Below, in pieces: positions 28,064 to 33,265 of a stretch of 33,265 nucleotides of DNA (position 1 is its first letter; every line of letters begins with the position of its first letter). The position numbers were made by a program, and so were the translations under genes. The notes beneath the pieces were generated by a model. It was given only the letters and a program-made list of their open reading frames with translations, searched no databases and had not been told where the DNA came from. This DNA is from an uncultured archaeon (GTDB taxonomy: Archaea; Asgardarchaeota; Hermodarchaeia; Hermodarchaeales; Hermodarchaeaceae): assembly GCA_964347045.1 (NCBI GenBank), contig CAYFXC010000019.1:1-33265 (forward strand). Direction: 5' to 3'.

Positions 28064-28615
28064 TTACGTATTCTTTAAAATATCAACAACCATGGTTTGG
28101 AGAGCTTGTTCAAAAAGGGGATCATGTTCCTGGCTAACCTCAATATACGGGATTCCTAAATGTTTACCAAGTTGTTTGGCTTCACGTTTTGTGACTCGTC
28201 GGCGTTGTTGTGGTTCTTGGCGAGTTCCCACCAGAACTGATGGGACCATACCCAAGACCCGACGCACTTCATCAACCCAATTTATCACATTATCAAAAGA
28301 CATGCGATCTGTGAGACTAAAGACGTATACGACACCAGCACCACCACGAATCAATCGACGACGAAGTTTCGTTAAATTCGGAGCATCTGTAAGATTCCAT
28401 ATTTGTAATTGAACATGAACCGGATCCATATCAAACTGCTTCGCTCCAAAGGAACTACCCAGTTTTGTACGGAAGCCATCCACGTAAACCCCATCAGACA
28501 CCCCGCACATAAGCTCAGTCTTTCCTACTCCTTCATCACCAACAAACAGAATCTTCAAAGCCCACTTGAGGTTGTACAGGGGTTGGGCATTTGAGATCTT
28601 TTGCGGCCAATCCAT
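28064..28615 (-). CDS. Rab-like small GTPase homolog with degenerate G3-G5
   Basis: KILFVGDEGVGKT, LGSSF, VQLQIW, GVVYVFSLTD.SF..V.NW, LVG, V...EA, IPYIEVS; GGAGG RBS. Confidence 0.85.
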   Translation of the reverse strand: MDWPQKISNAQPLYNLKWALKILFVGDEGVGKTELMCGVSDGVYVDGFRTKLGSSFGAKQFDMDPVHVQLQIWNLTDAPNLTKLRRRLIRGGAGVVYVFSLTDRMSFDNVINWVDEVRRVLGMVPSVLVGTRQEPQQRRRVTKREAKQLGKHLGIPYIEVSQEHDPLFEQALQTMVVDILKNT

Positions 28616-28724
28616 AGAATTAGACCCTCCGGCGCGAGTGTTAAGGAACCATCACATTTAGCATTATCGCTACGCACTTAGAATGGAAGAATCTATCATC
28701 ACCAAGTAATTCAACCGTATTAAT

Positions 28725-28742
28725 ATGTGGAAATTTCTACAT
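28725..28742. promoter_or_regulatory. Palindromic putative transcription-factor site
   Basis: ATGTGGAAA/TTTCTACAT, 18-bp palindrome with one mismatch, ~110 bp upstream of the Rab-like gene. Confidence 0.35.
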
Positions 28743-28881
28743 TAATGAAAATAAATTCCAGTTTTATTCATCACACTTTCCGTCTCCTCTCATATTTTGG
28801 CAAAAAAAATTCTTCTATCACCGACGTAGAAAAGGAAAATCCAAACTCAAAGGATCGGAATTCTCGTAGTTACCAAATCTT

Positions 28882-29220
28882 CTATCTCTTTGGTTGGTAG
28901 CGCATAGGTTCATTAAAAAAATCCATTGCACGACCAAAGGTGTGAAAGGTTCCATAGTGGCTGATGTTTTTGGGGATGAAGTATGTGTCTCCAGCTTGTA
29001 AATGATGGGTTTCATCGCCAATAGTTAATGTCATCCTACCTTCAATGACTTGACCGTATTGCTCTTGGTGGGTATGGGGTGGGATGGTGACGCCGGGTTG
29101 GATTTCAAAGAAAACGATTTGAAAGGTTTCACCTTGGGCTAACCAGCCATTCACCCCTTCGATGTTGATATCGACTTGTGGGAGGGCTTTAATTATTTCA
29201 GGATAAGTTTTGGGCGTCAT
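28882..29220 (-). CDS. Cupin domain protein
   Basis: PPHTHQEQYG.VIEG, GDTYFIP.N..H; GAGGAG RBS supports start at MTPKT. Confidence 0.88.
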   Translation of the reverse strand: MTPKTYPEIIKALPQVDINIEGVNGWLAQGETFQIVFFEIQPGVTIPPHTHQEQYGQVIEGRMTLTIGDETHHLQAGDTYFIPKNISHYGTFHTFGRAMDFFNEPMRYQPKR

Positions 29221-29241
29221 AGTCAAGTTACTCCTCAACTG

Positions 29242-31044
29242 TTAACCGATATTGGAGTCATCTAGAGTAAGATTGGTGAAACCTAACTGTGTGGCGAGGT
29301 CTTGAATAGTTTGTGGTGAGTCAAGCCATTCGATTTGCCACTCTCCTCGGCTAGAAACAGAGAGCTGAATATTCGGTAGTTCTCCGACAAGGTGATGAGC
29401 CATTTCAATGACATTCTGATATGCGCCGACAAGTGCGATAGCGAGGAAGTTGTCTTCCATTGATGATAAATCTCCGATAGGAAAACCTTCTAGACATAGT
29501 TTCTGTGTAGATGTTAAGGGGAATCCATCTTGTGTGAATAACGGTTTGTCGTCTAGAGGAGGGGTGTAATTTGAAATTTCTCCATCGCTATCTCGAGTTA
29601 GGTCAACAAGGCGTACAAGGGTTGTGGGTTGAGAGTGTAAGTTTGTAATGGGAAGAACTGGGAAATATTGTCCCACCATAACGTGGTCACATGCGCCGTT
29701 GAATACTGAGAAGCTACCTTGGATGATATATTCAGGTCGGAGTAAATCTTTTGCGATAGGTGTGGTGATGTAATCTTTGTAGTTGTCAATGTTAACGAAT
29801 AATTGGCGGAGTTGGGTTTTGACGTAACCAGTGAGCTGTTCAAATTCACATACTTGAGGGAGTCCGTTGTGATTAGAGGCTTGGTTGATCCAATATTTCC
29901 AGGCTTGGAGAATGGTACGTGCATCTTTTGCCTTTTTTGCTTCAGTAAGTAAAGAAATTGCAGGTTTCTTGGTCGTATCGGGGAAGATTCGACGGAGTTC
30001 AATTGTTCGGACAATTAGAAGTGTATAAAGGGCCATGATGATTCGCCCGGATTCATTAATGATGTCGGGTTGAGGATAGTTTTGGCCAAGTATCTTGGTC
30101 AATGCCACAATAATTGCGGTGGCATCAGAGTGGATACTGCCCGGAGTAAGATGGCCGTCATAATTGATCGGAAGGCCTCCACCGACATCAATTACACGTA
30201 GGTTGCTAAAGCCTGAATCATGGAGGAATGTATAGGTTTTTGCAAGGTATTCTGCAAATGCATAGATGTTGTCCAACACTTGGGATCCTGGGTGCGCGTG
30301 AATCGCAACTACAGCTGCTTCAGCGTTTTTTTGTTGGAGGAGTTTAACGGTCTTGAATAGCTCCATTATGTTGAGTCCAAATTTAGAATGCCGCCCGGCT
30401 GAAGCGTCCCAATGACTGATTACAGATACATACGGTTTAATTCGTAAAGCTAGTGACATTATATTTTGTGGAAGTCGGTCAAGGATAATTTTGGCTTCAT
30501 TCACCGATTCCACGGATACCCAGATATTATAGTTCTCTTTAAGGGCTTTGTGGATAATTTCGATATATTCGATGTCTTTAACTCCATTGCACATGATTAG
30601 ACGTTCTTTCTGATGTTTGAGCTCTTCTAGCACAATGAAAAGTTCCCATTTGGTTCCTACTTCTAATCCATAATCAGGATTTCGTTCAAGAATATGTTGA
30701 ATAACAGATTTCTTTGGATTGACTTTGATTGGATAGAGGACTCGATATCCACCTTGATATTCTTGTTCTGTCATTACATTTTGGAATATTTCTCTAACCT
30801 TGTGTATTTGCGAGTCAATTAACTGGGGTATGCAAAGATTAAAGGAGGGAACCTTGGTGTATCCCCTTTCTCTACCCTGTCTTCCGATTCGCTGAATCAC
30901 TTCTTTCATTGTTGTTTGGTGATTGTTCAATCTGATGCATAGGTTTCCATTTTTATCAATGTCAAGAAAGTGGAGATCTTCTCGACCGACGCCGTAAACT
31001 AATCTTGAATCTTCTAGGGTCCATTTCACTTCAATCGCCTCCAA
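29242..31044 (-). CDS. speA: PLP-dependent (fold III) arginine decarboxylase, SpeA-like, divergent
   Basis: YPIKVN (PLP Lys), GLEVGTK.EL, CNG.KD.EYI, SKFGL, H.HPGSQ, DVGGGL..NYDG, ESGR, DLTRDSDG, VGAYQ. Confidence 0.82.
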   Translation of the reverse strand: MEAIEVKWTLEDSRLVYGVGREDLHFLDIDKNGNLCIRLNNHQTTMKEVIQRIGRQGRERGYTKVPSFNLCIPQLIDSQIHKVREIFQNVMTEQEYQGGYRVLYPIKVNPKKSVIQHILERNPDYGLEVGTKWELFIVLEELKHQKERLIMCNGVKDIEYIEIIHKALKENYNIWVSVESVNEAKIILDRLPQNIMSLALRIKPYVSVISHWDASAGRHSKFGLNIMELFKTVKLLQQKNAEAAVVAIHAHPGSQVLDNIYAFAEYLAKTYTFLHDSGFSNLRVIDVGGGLPINYDGHLTPGSIHSDATAIIVALTKILGQNYPQPDIINESGRIIMALYTLLIVRTIELRRIFPDTTKKPAISLLTEAKKAKDARTILQAWKYWINQASNHNGLPQVCEFEQLTGYVKTQLRQLFVNIDNYKDYITTPIAKDLLRPEYIIQGSFSVFNGACDHVMVGQYFPVLPITNLHSQPTTLVRLVDLTRDSDGEISNYTPPLDDKPLFTQDGFPLTSTQKLCLEGFPIGDLSSMEDNFLAIALVGAYQNVIEMAHHLVGELPNIQLSVSSRGEWQIEWLDSPQTIQDLATQLGFTNLTLDDSNIG

Positions 31045-31121
31045 AGGCTATATGGCGTAGTGTAATAAACCATTCTACTTGCTATTACAGCAATCCTTCT
31101 CGAATAATGACGACGAGATTT

Positions 31122-31811
31122 TCAACTTCGCTTGCCTAAGGATTCGAGTTTTTCTCTGAGTCCGGGATATTTGGGATCAATCTTTAAAGCGCGTTGAAGA
31201 TATTCTACAGCTTTCTTTCGTCGCCCAACTTTCTCAAACGTTATTCCCAAATGATAGTAGGCTTCGACAAACTCAGGATCGATAATGAGGGCTTGTTCAA
31301 AACTACCAACTGCTTCGTCATAGCGATCCATGGCTACCATGCGAGTACCTTTATTGAACCAGGCGATGGCAAAGGAGGGATCCATTTGAATAGCTCTTTC
31401 AAAGCATTCTAAGGCCTCGGTTTGACGACCGAGTTTGGAAAGTTCCATTCCTCTGTTATTCCAAGCATCTGCATAATTTGGGTCGAGGTGGGTAGCGTTT
31501 TCGAAGCATTCCAATGCATCTTGATGTCTACCTAATTTGCTCAGAGCACGTCCTTTGTTATTCCAGGCGCGAGCATAGTCTGGGGCGAGACCAATTGCTT
31601 TATCATAGCTTTCAATGGCTGCTCTATATTTGCGGAGTTGATAGAGGACTACACCTCGATTATACCAGACATTGACTCGATGTGGTTCGGATTCGAGGAT
31701 TTCATCAAAACATGCGAGGGCTTTCTTGTATTTCTGTCGGCGGGTAAACTCTACTCCTTTGTTGAATAATTCGTTTATCATCGCTTGGTTTGGAGTCGTA
31801 CGACTAGACAA
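31122..31811 (-). CDS. Tetratricopeptide repeat protein
   Basis: Six 34-aa TPRs (AWNNKG..L..LG...AL.CFE.A..LDP). Confidence 0.92.
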   Translation of the reverse strand: MSSRTTPNQAMINELFNKGVEFTRRQKYKKALACFDEILESEPHRVNVWYNRGVVLYQLRKYRAAIESYDKAIGLAPDYARAWNNKGRALSKLGRHQDALECFENATHLDPNYADAWNNRGMELSKLGRQTEALECFERAIQMDPSFAIAWFNKGTRMVAMDRYDEAVGSFEQALIIDPEFVEAYYHLGITFEKVGRRKKAVEYLQRALKIDPKYPGLREKLESLGKRS

Positions 31812-31886
31812 TCGCCATCCTCCCTTGAGTCGATTTTATTCGATGCTTAAACGCAAAAGCCTTTTGGTTTGCATTGCGTTTTCAAA

Positions 31887-32840
31887 TTAGACAAGTTCAG
31901 GGCTACGATAGACGAGTTTTTCCAAGTCTTTACGCGACGCTTTTACCAAGTTGGTACATCCGAGATCTTGCACATTAAAAGCCCCAGCAGCATTCCCCCA
32001 TTTCGCTGCTTGAATGATGTCATCATCTTTCAAATAACTAGCGAGGAATGCCCCAGCAAAACTATCTCCCGCTCCTGTAGCGTCGATTTCTTTAGCACGA
32101 TAACTTTCTACGTGCTGAATGTTTCCTCTATTATTTACCATACAGCCATCTGGACCTTGTGTTACAATTACCAAGGGAACCTGTTTTCCTAGACTTTTGA
32201 TTGCTTCAATTGTATCAGATGTGCCAGATAGAAAAGTTGCCTCCTTTGAATTCAGAAACAGAATATTCAGATACGGTAATTGGGGAAGAATCTGGTCGCG
32301 GAGGGTCTGGGCTTGATGAAAGATGGTAGTCATGCTTAAGATTGGTCCGTTCCCTTGAACGCGTTTAATAAGTGCACGTTGTAGGTATGGAGGTAATATT
32401 CCGAGATGAACCGCACGTGCATTTACTATTAGTCGATTAAAATGGCGAAAGGATAGTTGGTTTCCTACACCAAAATGTAAGCGATAATTGGTCATAGTCC
32501 CATCTTTGGCAAAATCAGCCCAGAAATGTGATGACCGTCCCTTACGGCGAACAACACCGGTTAAATCAATTCTTTTTGTTTCAAGCATTCTAATGAATTG
32601 ATCTGGAAAATCATCACCGATGGCAGATACCACGGCAACTTTGCAACTTAAAGTTGCAGCTGCAAGAGCAACATGAGCTGCGGAACCACCTAACACAGGC
32701 TGAGTTGGAACACCTTTGAAGGATAATTCATCGATTGCTAATTTCCCAGCAACAACCAGATCGTACGTCACAGCTAAGCGAACCCTTAATTTGTATAATA
32801 GTTTTGCCAATTCGTTTTTCAAGTCTCGCCAGTTAACCAC
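31887..32840 (-). CDS. PfkB/ribokinase family carbohydrate kinase
   Basis: GGSAAHVA, IGDD, NSKEA, VTQGPDG, DATGAGDSFAG; start uncertain. Confidence 0.92.
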   Translation of the reverse strand: MVNWRDLKNELAKLLYKLRVRLAVTYDLVVAGKLAIDELSFKGVPTQPVLGGSAAHVALAAATLSCKVAVVSAIGDDFPDQFIRMLETKRIDLTGVVRRKGRSSHFWADFAKDGTMTNYRLHFGVGNQLSFRHFNRLIVNARAVHLGILPPYLQRALIKRVQGNGPILSMTTIFHQAQTLRDQILPQLPYLNILFLNSKEATFLSGTSDTIEAIKSLGKQVPLVIVTQGPDGCMVNNRGNIQHVESYRAKEIDATGAGDSFAGAFLASYLKDDDIIQAAKWGNAAGAFNVQDLGCTNLVKASRKDLEKLVYRSPELV

Positions 32841-32981
32841 CGGAAAAGAATATACCTCTTTTTCAAAACTTGTTGACTATGTTGGGTATTTAAAGCTAAA
32901 AAAATTTTAGTCAGAATTTCTTAAAGGAGTCTTCACAGTGTTAGCAGCGAATAAAGCTGAGACACCACTGTGGTGAAAGAA

Positions 32982-33265
32982 ATGGTTTCTAGAATCAGAA
33001 ATGTTGTTTTAGTATCGATTAGTTTTTGCCTGTTGTTCTCATTGGTGTTTATAGTCCCTGAGTGTACAGCTCAGTTGAGCTGGTCTGATAACTTCAATGA
33101 TGGAAACTATGACGGCTGGATCGTTATTTCAGGTTCCTACACAGCGGCGGGCGGTTCGCTTAACGCCACCAGTACAAACAATTACATCTATCATAACAGT
33201 ACTGCTGCTTTTGGATTCTGGAGTTTTGATCTCTTTGTGGACGAGTCAGAGGGCAGCCCAACCGC
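32982..33265 (+). CDS. Secreted protein, truncated by the window end
   Basis: GGTGA RBS; MVSRIRNVVLVSISFCLLFSLVFIVPECTA signal peptide followed by WSDNFNDGNYDGW...GFWSFD; absent from the ORF track because no stop is reached. Confidence 0.8.
   Translation, partial: MVSRIRNVVLVSISFCLLFSLVFIVPECTAQLSWSDNFNDGNYDGWIVISGSYTAAGGSLNATSTNNYIYHNSTAAFGFWSFDLFVDESEGSPT

Noticed and set aside
29593-29595. CGA at the SpeA Cys position as a trace of a selenocysteine TGA
   Set aside because: The codon is a sense Arg codon, no SECIS-like element was recognised, and the one-base distance to TGA alone is not evidence.
229-32910. Numerous 60-140 aa ORFs overlapping larger genes (e.g. 747-1052, 4230-4565, 7752-7985, 20797-21201, 29598-30014)
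   Set aside because: They are antisense or alternate-frame shadows of well-supported genes, with no motifs or ribosome-binding sites.
33061-33100. tRNA-like text (cagctcagttgagc)
   Set aside because: There is no cloverleaf or T-loop, and the stretch lies inside the secreted-protein CDS starting at 32982.

Overview
This is an archaeal chromosomal window, very likely from an Asgard lineage. That assignment is inferred from a Rab-like small GTPase, a 24-aa Cys-type LRR protein, a divergent stand-alone EF-2 with a non-canonical diphthamide loop, GGTGA/GGAGG ribosome-binding sites and surface proteins with C-terminal TM anchors. It holds about 27 protein genes, mostly on the minus strand. Enzymes: methyltransferase, MBL-fold hydrolase, M28 peptidase, FKBP, endonuclease IV, geranylgeranyl reductase next to DUF92, ferredoxin, bacterial-type PLP arginine decarboxylase and a PfkB kinase. 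Other genes: SnoaL-like protein, cupin, HEAT/TPR/LRR solenoids, two MFS transporters, one DMT transporter, NfeD and a ~16-TM histidine kinase. I found no rRNA, tRNA, CRISPR array, transposase or integrase. The most unusual signal is at the left end. A ~125-nt structured non-coding element occurs twice in direct orientation, bracketing the methyltransferase gene. It comes with a steep G+T strand-skew gradient into that gene's 3' end and a 21-bp-period direct repeat, which may indicate a cassette-like or ssDNA/RNA-mediated system. Several proteins also have altered catalytic motifs (EF-2 HTK, Rab-like G3/G4, SpeA Cys->Arg, NfeD Lys, MBL HxHxPH). All calls come from reading motifs by eye; no database search was run.
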